62,746 bases of DNA from Patescibacteria group bacterium (GTDB lineage Bacteria > Patescibacteriota > Dojkabacteria > JAHIVN01): assembly GCA_043816305.1 (NCBI GenBank), contig JBDRHZ010000022.1:1-62746 (forward strand). Reading direction: 5' to 3'. This document shows positions 10,908 through 21,039 of this stretch, one piece after another (positions within the stretch are counted from its first letter, which is position 1; each line of letters begins with the position of its first letter). The notes beneath the pieces are model-generated. The model made no database searches. It saw only the letters and a list, made by a program, of their open reading frames with translations, and was not told the origin of the DNA. Position numbers and translations under genes: made by a program.

Positions 10908-12343
10908 TGAACGAATCACAAGATATCGAACAATTATTAAAAAGTGTACGTTTGCCGAATGCAGAAATGCCAACCCATAAGGCAAACCTCAGAAGAGCGC
11001 TTCTATCCCGGGAGATGAAAAGCTCTTCAAAGCTATCTAATTTCTTACATTTTTCAGCGATGAAAAAGCTAGTATTGGTTGGCACTCCCTTATTGACTGT
11101 GTTGTTAGTTGCTCTTTATTTATTTGTTACTGTTACCAAGCCTATGCAAATGACGGCTGATCAGCTGCTTGCTAAAGCGATGGAAAGCTACGAAATGTAT
11201 GAACAGGATGGCAAGTATTACTACCAGAAGGTTGTATATACATATTCTCCTGTGTACTCTGACTTTACAAGAACTTTTGAGCTGGTAAAGAAGCTAGGTA
11301 GTCCGTACAAGATTTATCTTGAGAGAGAAAGGTCAGATACTTATGATCTTGATAATATCTCTTGGATAGCCAAAACATCTGAATCGGGTGAAGTTTTCTA
11401 CTGCAATAACTGTGAAGGAGAAGATGACCGCTTGATGCTGGATACTAGACTTGATGATAACTTAGATGTAACTTATAGATATTATGGTTTTCATTATACT
11501 GATACTCAGATAGCTCAGGTGAATAACAAGTACTTTATGGTTGAGGATGCAGAATTTCTTGATCCTGTTGATGAGGATAGTGTAGATACTGAAGCTGATT
11601 ATGTTAGTGTACTCGAGGATGAGGGCTATACAGAGGTAGAGCTTAGTAAATATGTAGATCTTTTCAAAGATGATTATAGATATTACTTAGCCTTTTACTT
11701 AGATAACTATGAGCGTAGTCTTGAGGCTATGAAGAAGATTATAGCTTCTGACCCATATGGAACCAGTAATACCTATCCGATAGATGAACCGGAATGGGTT
11801 GTCAGACTTGGTACAGAATTCTTCTTAGATACGGAAGGAGATGAGTATACTTTTGATTGTTTCCAAGTATCAACAGAAGAGGGGTACTATGAAGTAAACC
11901 CTGAGGAACTAGAAGATGCAAAGCAATGTTTAGTGAATAATGGATTCAAGAAAATTTCAATAGAAGATGCTGTGAGAATCTATCTGTCTCCTTCATCTGA
12001 ACTTGGTTTGAAGAATGTAGAAGAAAATCCTGATACTGTGGATCTAAAAGCTTTAATAGAAAGACTTGAAAGTTATGAAGATAAAGAATATCTAGGAAAG
12101 ACAGTAATTGATGGAAGAGAGCTCGAAGGTCTTGAAGTTAGAACTAGTCATACAGATCAAGCAAGGTTTGTGACGAGAGTGTACTTTGATGCTGAGACAT
12201 ATAGAATTTATATGATCCAGGGCGAAAGGTATATAAACGGAGCAAAGGTTGATGCTTATGACTATACCGTGAAAGTTTTAGAATCTATAGTGATGGATTC
12301 TGAGCCAGTGATCGAAGGACTTGACGAAAAAGAGTTTATCTAA
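10908..12343 (+). CDS. Putative anti-sigma factor / membrane protein with large acidic extracytoplasmic domain
   Basis: ATG 10908 lies 2 nt after the sigma-factor stop. It has a short cytoplasmic N-terminus, one TM (LVLVGTPLLTVLLVALYLFV) and then an extracellular domain. This is the classic sigma/anti-sigma gene pairing. Confidence 0.55.
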
Positions 12344-12368
12344 AATGTAGTCAAATGGGAGTGTCATC

Positions 12369-12394
12369 GGGGTGAACCACTTGTGGTTCACCCC
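12369..12394. terminator. Bidirectional intrinsic terminator hairpin between convergent genes
   Basis: GGGGTGAACCA-cttg-TGGTTCACCCC has a perfect 11-bp stem and 4-nt loop. T-rich sequence follows on the + strand. Confidence 0.8.
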
Positions 12395-12398
12395 TTCT

Positions 12399-13658
12399 CT
12401 ATTTCGTAACTAGCTTAAACCCCTTACCTTTTAGTGTTTGAATAATCTCCTTTTCGCTATCCCCTATTTTATTCCGAATCTTATGCACTACCCTATCAAT
12501 CGCCCAATCAGAATATTTTTCTTTCCAGTTCTTGCCCCACATGATTTTTGAAAGTCTGTCACGAGCTACAATTCTATTTTTGCTTTTCCATAATTGTTCA
12601 AAAACTTGGTATTCCTGTTTGCTGAAAATCTTTCTTATTGGCATATCGTATAGGAATACCCTTGATCCTTTTACCACAAACTTTTCTTCGTTCTTATTGA
12701 CTTCTCTAAGGAAGTGTTCAAAAAGAGGGGAGAAGAAAGTGAGCTTTCCATCTGTATCTTTGATGATGCCGGTTTTGACAAGGTAATTGGGGAGATCTGC
12801 TTTTTTAAACTTTTTGTTAATTAGTATCTGCATTAAGAGACCTTTTGATCTATCTGATAATGAATTGTATGTGCTGAGTAGCCATATAGAAACAGAGGAA
12901 TTTGATGCTATTGCTTCTGGGGAAGCCTTTTCAAACTTCGAAAGATCTGTATTTGCAAAAGAAAGTATCCCGCGACAAAGGGATGCAAAACCTCCAGATA
13001 GTTCAGCGACTTTTACTTTGACATTTTCAGACAATTTGTAACCGTACCATCGTTCTTCCTTCTCGATGAGAATTTTCATATCTTGAGAACTCCTCATTTC
13101 CAGATAAACATGTTGATTGACTCGAAGTTTAGATAACAAATCCAGAAGCTGATCACCGAGTTCCTCCTTGTAGAAAACTAAGAGAAACTTTACAAAACCA
13201 GCTAACGTGGAGATTGTATAAATGGGTGCAGCTAATTCTTTTTTATTATCAATTAGCAGTTCTGCTGAGTTGAAAACAAAAACTAAGTTCCTATCTCGAT
13301 TTACCTGATCTTCGATTATACTTAAGACTCCGGCCATTGCCTTAATCGATGAAGAAGTTTCACCTTCTGGGAACTTTCTTATTAATTCGTTGTATATGTA
13401 CTTCCACAATTCATCTTCAGTAGTTATGCCTGAGAGCTCAAGACGGATCCAAGTGCTTTCCTCGATTTTGACTTTCAAGTCTTCGTCAAATTCTTCTGCA
13501 AAACGAATGATATACTTTATAAATGAATTTGCTCCAAACTTGGGAATAGTTATTACGGCATTGCTTTCGCCGTTAATAATGGGCTGAAATACCTGATTTG
13601 CGAAGGCCTTCATGTAGTCTTTTGTTGCTGGTAAATCTCGTAGGTTTACATTTGCCAT
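12399..13658 (-). CDS. Transcriptional regulator with C-terminal OmpR/PhoB-type winged-helix DNA-binding domain and a large uncharacterised N-terminal domain
   Basis: The C-terminus QEYQVFEQLWKSKNRIVARDRLSKIMWG...AIDRVVHKIRNKIG...IQTLKGKGFKL matches the trans_reg_C pattern. No receiver domain or Walker A motif was seen. Confidence 0.65.
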   Translation of the reverse strand: MANVNLRDLPATKDYMKAFANQVFQPIINGESNAVITIPKFGANSFIKYIIRFAEEFDEDLKVKIEESTWIRLELSGITTEDELWKYIYNELIRKFPEGETSSSIKAMAGVLSIIEDQVNRDRNLVFVFNSAELLIDNKKELAAPIYTISTLAGFVKFLLVFYKEELGDQLLDLLSKLRVNQHVYLEMRSSQDMKILIEKEERWYGYKLSENVKVKVAELSGGFASLCRGILSFANTDLSKFEKASPEAIASNSSVSIWLLSTYNSLSDRSKGLLMQILINKKFKKADLPNYLVKTGIIKDTDGKLTFFSPLFEHFLREVNKNEEKFVVKGSRVFLYDMPIRKIFSKQEYQVFEQLWKSKNRIVARDRLSKIMWGKNWKEKYSDWAIDRVVHKIRNKIGDSEKEIIQTLKGKGFKLVTK

Positions 13659-13675
13659 AATTTGATTATACTATA

Positions 13676-15376
13676 TTAATGTGGTGTTCTAAAATCATCA
13701 ATAACTCTCTTTGCGATTTCAGCTATTCTTATAGCTACACAGCTGTGTTCTGACAGCATTTGGAATAATAACTGTCTGTCAGTAATGGTTACTTCCGCTC
13801 CCTTTGGATAAGTGTAGGAAGAAGGGTTTTCTCCATAAATATAACCACCTTCAACATTATCGAGCAGCTTTACAGTAATATTTCCTACCGGGATTCCCTC
13901 GACATAAAAGTCGTTTGGAGTATTTCTGAGGTGTATTGGGTGGATTCTTTGTACAAGGGCAAAGGCAAGATCTTTCACTATATCTATTTCCTCTGGGTTG
14001 AGTCCAGGTTGAAATCTTGAGGAGATCCTTGGTCCCCAGCGTTCATCCAAGTTCATATACTCTGTCTGAGTCGGCCAGGCTATAGACTCAACAGCAGCTT
14101 CTATCTCAGCCCTTTCGTATGCACCACATGTAGCAACTAGAATTGCAAGAATTTCTTTGAATGATTGTGGTTTAACTTTTGTGATGATGGCTGCGGCTAA
14201 TTCGAGCGATTGCCTTACATCTTCTTTCCCTAGATATCCCGGATGATTCCCCAAATTTCCAGTTAGATTTTTATCCCATGCGTATTCCATCATAAGAGCA
14301 GGTCTTTGATTACCAATTAGTGCTTCGTTTGTAAAAGGCTCGAAAAAAGGATAATTCAGTAATTCAGGCAACGCTTTCATAGGATCGGCTAGTAGAGCCC
14401 TGACAATATATCGTGCTATTTTCTGTCTATAGTGTCTTTCCTCAGGAATTAATTTCCCTTGAAAAACCAATTCATCAAATTTCTCCCCACCAAGCTGTCT
14501 AGCCCTGCCGATTAATCTGTGAAAAACATCGCTTCTCACGAAGGGGTAGCTTCCGAAAAATTGTCCTATCTCAGCTATTTTAGCAAGACTCCTGTAGAAA
14601 TGTACTCGAATGTAATTGTTCATGCAGTCCAGCATCACGAGTTCATCCTCTGAAGCAGCTGTCTGAATAAGAGTGAGTATTTTGTCTCTTGCAAAAAGAG
14701 TATCGGGATTGTCTTCTCTGATAGTAGGATTTATAAATTCAAGACCCCATAGGTTAGTGACAACAACGTTATCATTAGCAACGGATAGTTCTGCAGCGCA
14801 AGCCTCCTGTTTTACTGTTTGAGCTGCAAGATGCGTGGATAGGTTATTCTCTGTGATTAAATCATGTTCTCCAAGTCTAAATCTAAACTGAGCTTCTCTC
14901 GCGGCACAATCTTTTAGAAATAGAACCTCGCCCATCCTATTTCCATTTATGACTATATCTAAGCGTGGCATATATAAATGAGTTTTCACTATAATCTGAA
15001 CTTCGGATCCAGGCGGAAGTGCAAGCAGCAAGTTTTCTCTTAGAATATGTGCTAATTCATCTGCGTGTTCAACTCCTAAATCAAGGAGAAGGTCAGTATC
15101 TGGTCTCTGTATATCTGTCAAATTTCCCTCTGCATCAAAGAGTTGGACAGGCAGCATTTCCGGATCAACTCGTAGAGCATAGTTAGTGCTTCCCGTAAGA
15201 TAAACTTTTCCAGTAGCCATCCAGCCTGCTTTTGCTTGTCCAAAAGCTATGGAAGTAGCAGCAAGAGTTTTATAAAACTTCTCTTTAAAAAGCAATCTGA
15301 ATCTATGCTCTATATCAGCTGAAAGACTCAGTTTTTGCACGACTTCTTTTCTGGCACCTGGCGTTTCTTGTCCCAT
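13676..15376 (-). CDS. Orphan 566-aa protein, no recognisable domain
   Basis: Long intact ORF 17 nt upstream of the wHTH regulator on the same strand. It looks GC-richer than the flanking genes by eye. Confidence 0.6.
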   Translation of the reverse strand: MGQETPGARKEVVQKLSLSADIEHRFRLLFKEKFYKTLAATSIAFGQAKAGWMATGKVYLTGSTNYALRVDPEMLPVQLFDAEGNLTDIQRPDTDLLLDLGVEHADELAHILRENLLLALPPGSEVQIIVKTHLYMPRLDIVINGNRMGEVLFLKDCAAREAQFRFRLGEHDLITENNLSTHLAAQTVKQEACAAELSVANDNVVVTNLWGLEFINPTIREDNPDTLFARDKILTLIQTAASEDELVMLDCMNNYIRVHFYRSLAKIAEIGQFFGSYPFVRSDVFHRLIGRARQLGGEKFDELVFQGKLIPEERHYRQKIARYIVRALLADPMKALPELLNYPFFEPFTNEALIGNQRPALMMEYAWDKNLTGNLGNHPGYLGKEDVRQSLELAAAIITKVKPQSFKEILAILVATCGAYERAEIEAAVESIAWPTQTEYMNLDERWGPRISSRFQPGLNPEEIDIVKDLAFALVQRIHPIHLRNTPNDFYVEGIPVGNITVKLLDNVEGGYIYGENPSSYTYPKGAEVTITDRQLLFQMLSEHSCVAIRIAEIAKRVIDDFRTPH

Positions 15377-15432
15377 GTCCTACATATTACAATAATCAAA
15401 TCAAACTGTCATCTGATAATTATATTTTAATT

Positions 15433-15452
15433 CCAAAATTTCTCAATTTTGG
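15433..15452. promoter_or_regulatory. Perfect inverted repeat in the divergent promoter region (operator candidate)
   Basis: CCAAAATT-tctc-AATTTTGG lies between divergent genes 13676..15376(-) and 15559..15867(+). Confidence 0.35.
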
Positions 15453-15558
15453 TCAGGATTGATGCTAAAACAGTCAGAATACAGGTATTTCCGTTCAAGC
15501 AAGCGACTTACTACAGGATATATAATCGGGATGTAATTTAATTATTAGCAAAGAGACT

Positions 15559-15867
15559 ATGGAAGCCAAACTGCCAGATCTTCCAGATGAAGTAGCAGAT
15601 CAGTGGAAAATCCTTCATGAAGAGGCAACACAAAGGTACTTAGCTTTAGCTCCAGCTGAAGAGAGAATATGGTTTAATCTTAAGAGGATTGCAGGAGAGA
15701 CATTAGGATTCAAAGAAGTTTTGAGACAGAGAGAGATTAAAGGAGCTCAGCAGGTGGTAAATGATATTAATGCATTGGCAAAAAGTGATCTAAGTCAAGA
15801 AGACGTTGAAAGATTACGTGAACAAGGTCTTGATATCCAGGTTATTCGAAAATTAACCAATAGATAA
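15559..15867 (+). CDS. Orphan 102-aa helical protein
   Basis: Intact ORF and first gene of a same-strand string of five ORFs. Confidence 0.5.
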   Translation: MEAKLPDLPDEVADQWKILHEEATQRYLALAPAEERIWFNLKRIAGETLGFKEVLRQREIKGAQQVVNDINALAKSDLSQEDVERLREQGLDIQVIRKLTNR

Positions 15868-15885
15868 TTTTAGTGGTTATAAATC

Positions 15886-16818
15886 ATGGAAATTACAAGT
15901 CCTTTTGGAGAAAAACCTAAAGAAAGAGCAGTTGATCAAATGCCTAAAGTAGGCGGACCGCTTGAGAGGGGTATTTTCGGAAGAAAAGGTAGAAAAGAAG
16001 AATATCTTAAACCTTATGACAACGAGGACTTTAATCAACTTCTTGACAATTATTCACCCAGAGCTATTGATGAAAAATCAGGAGTGCTGGTTAATGAAGC
16101 GGATATAGAATCTGTTTCAGCTAGTGTTAAACAAGTAGTAAAGGGTGAGGGACTTGTAGTTGAGCAGAGACTTAGTACAGATGGTTCAGCAGTCAATAGA
16201 CCACAGGATCAAATAAGAATAATCGCTGAACTTGGAAGAGCATTGAAGGAATATAACGGAGGTTCTTCAACAGTAAAGTTTCGGATGACCGGGAGTATAC
16301 CTGTCGGCTGGTCAGAGTATACTATTAGTGGTGAAGTTTCAGTAAGTGGAGATGCAAAATATGCTGAAGTACGGTTTGAACCTAAACAAGCTGATAGGTT
16401 TCTAGTAACAGCCGTTCAGACACGAAAGGGGAAAAAGGTTGATCATTCAGTTACACATCTTGTCGAAGCTCCGCAAGGAGAAGCAAGGGCAGCCTTTGAT
16501 GGTTTAATGTTTGATTTAGAAAATACGGGGAACTTTACTTTTAAGCCGCTGGATACATTAGGCACGGTTATCATAAGTTATACTGCTGTCGATAGTGGAC
16601 TTCGGACTAGAGGTGAAGCAAAAATGGAACTGAAATGGAAGGCCCGGGGAGACTGGGCTTTGGTTGGATCCGGAAAAGAGGCTGATCTTACAAAGACAGC
16701 TTATATGAAGAGACAGTTTGAGAATGATGGGGCTGGCTGGATTTTTCAGGAAGCTGGGAGAATACTTGATGCCTGTGGAGCAAAGGAGTTGACGAAAATA
16801 CTTGCATCTGGGAACTAG
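15886..16818 (+). CDS. Orphan 310-aa protein, beta-rich C-terminal half
   Basis: Intact ORF 18 nt after the previous one. No motif recognised. Confidence 0.55.
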   Translation: MEITSPFGEKPKERAVDQMPKVGGPLERGIFGRKGRKEEYLKPYDNEDFNQLLDNYSPRAIDEKSGVLVNEADIESVSASVKQVVKGEGLVVEQRLSTDGSAVNRPQDQIRIIAELGRALKEYNGGSSTVKFRMTGSIPVGWSEYTISGEVSVSGDAKYAEVRFEPKQADRFLVTAVQTRKGKKVDHSVTHLVEAPQGEARAAFDGLMFDLENTGNFTFKPLDTLGTVIISYTAVDSGLRTRGEAKMELKWKARGDWALVGSGKEADLTKTAYMKRQFENDGAGWIFQEAGRILDACGAKELTKILASGN

Positions 16819-16919
16819 CTGCTCATTTACGAAGTCGAGTAAAAAAGATGTGAGTATTCTTTACAACTAGTTCTAAAATGTATACGATGAATAAAATTTA
16901 AACTTAGCTGTTACTTGAA

Positions 16920-17237
16920 ATGCCGGAAACTGTAGAACAATTAACACAAAGCCGTGAGCAGGCAAAACTAGCTGCATCCAAAGCTGTAGAATCGGCTCAC
17001 AAAGGTGTGAATAATGTTCCTATTCTTAGAAGAGTAGCCGATGAAGTTATGAAACATATAGGTGCTGATGAGTTGAATCCTGATTCTAAGACAAAAGCAC
17101 TAAATCCGAAGGTAAAGTCAGCATTGCAGCTTTGTGTGAATGTGCTATATCCTTCAGCCGGTGCTAAGGCAATAGGGTTAGATTTACAGCTGTACTTTCC
17201 AGGCGGCGCGGATGCAGCCAGTACTCCGTTGAGGTAG
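16920..17237 (+). CDS. Orphan 105-aa protein
   Basis: Intact ORF ending in TAG. That TAG is directly followed, in the same frame, by the GTG of the next ORF. Confidence 0.5.
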   Translation: MPETVEQLTQSREQAKLAASKAVESAHKGVNNVPILRRVADEVMKHIGADELNPDSKTKALNPKVKSALQLCVNVLYPSAGAKAIGLDLQLYFPGGADAASTPLR

Positions 17238-17585
17238 GTGTCAACAGAAAATCAAGTCCAGACGCAAGCTAGTATTCAAAGACAGGTCGAGCAATTAATG
17301 GCACAAAATTCGAGTGCTTCAGGGGCAGAAATCCTAGCCAGGGTATTAGTTGGGAATGATGCATTTGATAAAATTGTTCAAGGTGCGGGCAGCTTCTTTA
17401 TTTCAAGAGAAGATTTATCTCCAATACGCTTAGGTAAAGCCTGGGAAGTACCGCTGCCCTCTGCTTCTGGTGGGTCTGAGATAGACGGGGACGGACCACC
17501 CGGCAGTGCTTGGGGCGGTCCCGATCGTCCAGGTGCTGAAGAACCAGATTCAAATGCAGGTGGATTCGGAGCAGGCTGGAAGTAA
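17238..17585 (+). CDS. Orphan 115-aa protein with Gly/Pro-rich C-terminus
   Basis: GTG start directly after the upstream TAG, in the same frame. GAGG lies just upstream. Confidence 0.45.
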   Translation: MSTENQVQTQASIQRQVEQLMAQNSSASGAEILARVLVGNDAFDKIVQGAGSFFISREDLSPIRLGKAWEVPLPSASGGSEIDGDGPPGSAWGGPDRPGAEEPDSNAGGFGAGWK

Positions 17586-17672
17586 TTCTAAAACCTAGAT
17601 TGCAGTTTCAACTTATAAAGCGTTCTTATAACAGGCAATGTAATGTAAATTTTTTATTATAGTGACAAGGTA

Positions 17673-18602
17673 ATGCTCAGAGCCAAACTCACACTAAAAG
17701 TCATCCGTCAAAGTCCAGCTAAGTTTATGTGGGATGAGAGAACTGCAACTGTTTCTTCCGGGGAAGATGTTCAGCTGGACTATGAAAGTTTTACTGTTAA
17801 AAATGTAAAAAAGGATAGTATCGCTCTCGACAGCAATGAATTTTTTGCTGTTGACGACAATGATAAGAGAATGGATCTTCCGATAGAATTGAAACTTGGA
17901 GAAAGTGCTTATATTGTTCATGAAGACAACTCCGTAAAGTATTCTTTGAAAGTGAGTTTTACTGAAATATCAGGTAAAGAATCAAAACAGTCTGCAAATC
18001 TGCAGAGTACAATTTATGAAATATTGAAGATTTTGCATGAGTTCCATCTAATAAAGCAGAAAGTCGATAGAAGCCAGTCTGAAGAAATAGCAGCTGCCCT
18101 AGAATCAGCGAAAGCAGATGGAGATCTCGAAAAACTGGATACTATAAAGTTAAACGAAGATACGAGCCGGTTTTTCTGGGATATCATAGCTGAAAAGTTT
18201 CAGACCGGAATTTATGTTTTTCACGATTGGTGGATGTCTCTTGAGCAATTAGAGGAGATATTGCTTGAGATTGTTGGCAGAAAACTCAAGATTAATTATC
18301 CATCCGGACAGTTGAGTGAAATTGCTTTTGTGGATAAAGATCAAAAGTATGTATATTCTGTTTCATCAAACGCGAAAATTGATCTTTCAAAACGCAGTAG
18401 CAACTTTGTCTGGCTTCAGGTAATGAACAAATTATTCCAGGAACTGGGAGTAGATAAAAGATTTACTGTTTTGTATGATAGTGGTACAGAAGATTTTGGG
18501 GTGTATGCTCTGGTGAGAGAGCCAAAACTGCTTAGGGAAAAACTGAAAGTAGTAATCAAAATCCGATTACCAGAAATGAGAGTAAATGTAAAAAGAATAT
18601 GA
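17673..18602 (+). CDS. Orphan 309-aa protein
   Basis: Intact ORF and last gene of the string. Its composition returns to low GC. Confidence 0.55.
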   Translation: MLRAKLTLKVIRQSPAKFMWDERTATVSSGEDVQLDYESFTVKNVKKDSIALDSNEFFAVDDNDKRMDLPIELKLGESAYIVHEDNSVKYSLKVSFTEISGKESKQSANLQSTIYEILKILHEFHLIKQKVDRSQSEEIAAALESAKADGDLEKLDTIKLNEDTSRFFWDIIAEKFQTGIYVFHDWWMSLEQLEEILLEIVGRKLKINYPSGQLSEIAFVDKDQKYVYSVSSNAKIDLSKRSSNFVWLQVMNKLFQELGVDKRFTVLYDSGTEDFGVYALVREPKLLREKLKVVIKIRLPEMRVNVKRI

Positions 18603-18753
18603 GTTTCTAATGGTTAATTTGGCCAATTACCAGCATGATTTCATCATTTACTTCAAAAGATAAAGACGTAATATCATTCTACTTCGCTAAAGTTGCATAT
18701 GATTTGGGAAAAATCCCCATATTATTTGTTGACGATTTCTTTGAAGAGAAGGG

Positions 18754-20079
18754 TTACGGTCTCAACCTATATATCATTCTCGGAAACGGTATCGTCTCCC
18801 TGATATGCTTCACTCCGCTGACCCAGGAGACAAATCGCTCCAGACCGATGCCGAAACCACTGTGAGGAACGCTGCCGTATTTTCGCAGATCCAGATACCA
18901 CTGATAATCTTTAAGAGGTATCTTGTGCTCTTTCATTTTGGCTAATAAAGCATTATGATCGTCTTCTCTTTGGCTTCCCCCTATCAGTTCACCATAACCT
19001 TCCGGTGCATACATATCATTATTCAGGTATCTAGTTGGATCATCCGGATCGTCTTTCATGTAGAATGGTTTAATTTCCTTCGGATATTTCTCTACGAAAA
19101 ATGGCTTTTTAAATGACTTAGAAAGAAGTGTGTCTTCTTCTGCACCGAGATCGTCTCTATCACCCAATTCTGCTCCCATTTCCTTTACTCTCTTCACCGC
19201 TTCTGAGTGAGGGATAATTGGAAAATTTCCTTCTAGAATAGGCTCAAGCAGGCTGATATCGCGTTCGAGAACTTCAAGTTCGTACTTGTTATTTTCGAGA
19301 GCTTTCTTCACTATAGCTACGGTCAAGCCTTCCTGAATCTTCATATTCTCAGCATGTTCGACAAATGCAGCTTCGGCATCCATCATCCAGAATTCTGTCA
19401 AGTGTCTGCGCGTTTTGCTCTTCTCCGCTCTAAAAGTCGGACCGAAGTCAAAGACCCGGCCATGAGCAAAAATGGCTGCTTCAATATATAGTTGTCCGGA
19501 TTGGGACAGATAAGCTTTGGGTCCATTGCTTTCTCCTTCTTTCCATGCTGGTGTGTAAGGAACCTTAAATAAAGTAGTAGTCCCTTCGCAAGCCGTTGGT
19601 GTAAGGATTGGGGAGTCTATTTTGATAAATCCTTGAGAATTCAAATGCTCATAAATAGCGTTTATTACAGTATTACGTATTTGCTGTATCGCCCACTGCT
19701 TCTGACTTCTCAACCAAAGATGTCTGTTATCAAGTAGAAATTCTGTGCCATGCTCTTTTTTCTGGATGGGATATTCATCAGCTAGCTGGATGATTTGGAT
19801 ACTTATAAGATCCATTTCAAATCCGCTTGGTGCGCGATCATCCTTGCGAGGAGTCCCTGTGATGATTACAGAAGATTCTATTGTTAAAGAGTTGGATAGT
19901 TGAATAGTTTCTTGGCTAACTTTGCTCTCTTCCAATACTGCTTGGATAAACCCTGAGCCATCGCGGATCTGAAGAAAGTGAATTTTCCCCGAGGATCGTT
20001 TATTGAATACCCAGCCTTTTATGGTGATTTTATTATTTGTATCCTTTTGTTTTGATATATCTTTTATAAAAGTTTGCAT
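18754..20079 (-). CDS. asnS: Asparagine--tRNA ligase
   Basis: 441 aa class IIb synthetase with an N-terminal OB fold (GWVFNKRSSGKIHFLQIRDGSG). Motif 2/3 region FRAEKSKTRRHLTEFWM, GGSQRE...YLDLRKYGSVPHSGFGIGLERFV and the ...IPFPR tail are typical of AsnRS. Confidence 0.85.
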   Translation of the reverse strand: MQTFIKDISKQKDTNNKITIKGWVFNKRSSGKIHFLQIRDGSGFIQAVLEESKVSQETIQLSNSLTIESSVIITGTPRKDDRAPSGFEMDLISIQIIQLADEYPIQKKEHGTEFLLDNRHLWLRSQKQWAIQQIRNTVINAIYEHLNSQGFIKIDSPILTPTACEGTTTLFKVPYTPAWKEGESNGPKAYLSQSGQLYIEAAIFAHGRVFDFGPTFRAEKSKTRRHLTEFWMMDAEAAFVEHAENMKIQEGLTVAIVKKALENNKYELEVLERDISLLEPILEGNFPIIPHSEAVKRVKEMGAELGDRDDLGAEEDTLLSKSFKKPFFVEKYPKEIKPFYMKDDPDDPTRYLNNDMYAPEGYGELIGGSQREDDHNALLAKMKEHKIPLKDYQWYLDLRKYGSVPHSGFGIGLERFVSWVSGVKHIRETIPFPRMIYRLRP

Positions 20080-20264
20080 ACTGATATGTTGTAAGAATGT
20101 TAATAGATCTAAAATGCGCTGCTATTTTAGCAATTATTGGAGCGGATGTGAAACATCGTTCGTGTAAAAAACTTTTATCTTAACAGAGGTTACAGTCAGG
20201 ACTTGATTAATCCCGTTCAACGGGAGACCTCAAGTACAGACCAGAGAGGACACAAGTTTGTATT

Positions 20265-20528
20265 TTACTCTACTGGTTTCTTGTACTCCTCATATGCCTT
20301 TGCGGCATCAGGAGCGACAGGTATGAGAAGTTCTAAAACTTTTACTCTGATATCTGCAACTTTAATCAAACCTTCTTCGGCTGAGTCAATTGCCCAGCTT
20401 TCTATCTTCGAAGCGATTTCATTTGCCTGGGCATCGTCTGCTCCGGCACTAATCATACTCTTTATAAGCTTTGAGCGGTCAAAATCTTCCTGTTGACCGT
20501 CTTTTTTCTCGACTTTGAGATCATTCAT
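20265..20528 (-). CDS. Stand-alone ATP-cone domain protein
   Basis: 87 aa: VEKKDGQQEDFDRSKLIKSMISAGADDAQANEIASKIE matches the ATP-cone pattern. Confidence 0.6.
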   Translation of the reverse strand: MNDLKVEKKDGQQEDFDRSKLIKSMISAGADDAQANEIASKIESWAIDSAEEGLIKVADIRVKVLELLIPVAPDAAKAYEEYKKPVE

Positions 20529-20568
20529 ATTTTATTAAAATTAAAAAAATAAATAATAATAATACATA

Positions 20569-21039
20569 TTAAACTTTTATCCAGGAATTTACAAATCCCT
20601 CTGCTTTGTCAATTTTATAACTTTTTGGTATATGAACAAATGCCAGTTTGGTATTTTGATTTTGTGAATGTAGGATATGCGAGATAAGGTAAGCGCTTCT
20701 ATTGCATGGGCCGTTGGAGGGTTTATCAGATATATAGATTTTATTATTAAGAATAGGTAACTCCCAAGTTGCTTTATAATATCTAGGGGCGGTTGCAATT
20801 ATTTCATTCTTTCCATACTTGTTCATAAACCTTTCTTCTATACGAATTCTTTTAGAATTTTTTCTGTAATCTCCCAAACCTAATATGTATTCAAAATGAT
20901 GCTTTTCAATATATTTTACAAGACGGTCAGCACTGTTTTTCCCCCGCAGGTAGTACTTTGAGACCTCTGGGTAAGTTAGCTTGTTCGAAAGTCTAAATGT
21001 GAGATTGCGATAGTTGAAAAAGGTATAAATCAAGTTCAT
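20569..21039 (-). CDS. Pyroglutamyl-peptidase (C15)-like protein, short form
   Basis: Candidate Glu-Cys-His triad context: IRIEERFMN, SNGPCNRSAYLI, AFVHIP. ATGA overlap with the stop of the upstream P-type ATPase gene. Confidence 0.4.
   Translation of the reverse strand: MNLIYTFFNYRNLTFRLSNKLTYPEVSKYYLRGKNSADRLVKYIEKHHFEYILGLGDYRKNSKRIRIEERFMNKYGKNEIIATAPRYYKATWELPILNNKIYISDKPSNGPCNRSAYLISHILHSQNQNTKLAFVHIPKSYKIDKAEGFVNSWIKV

Noticed and set aside
18635-18865. 76-aa plus-strand ORF overlapping the asnS 3' end
   Set aside because: Its second half is antisense to the well-supported asnS C-terminus and it has no motif. A very short real peptide at 18635-18750 cannot be excluded but is unsupported.
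20080-20264. T-box or other leader upstream of asnS
   Set aside because: The minus-strand leader lacks the conserved T-box sequence (AGGGUGGNACCGCG-like). It has no clear specifier/antiterminator architecture; only small hairpins are present.
20203-20496. 97-aa plus-strand ORF
   Set aside because: It is antisense to the ATP-cone gene, which has a clear domain pattern. It is a shadow ORF.
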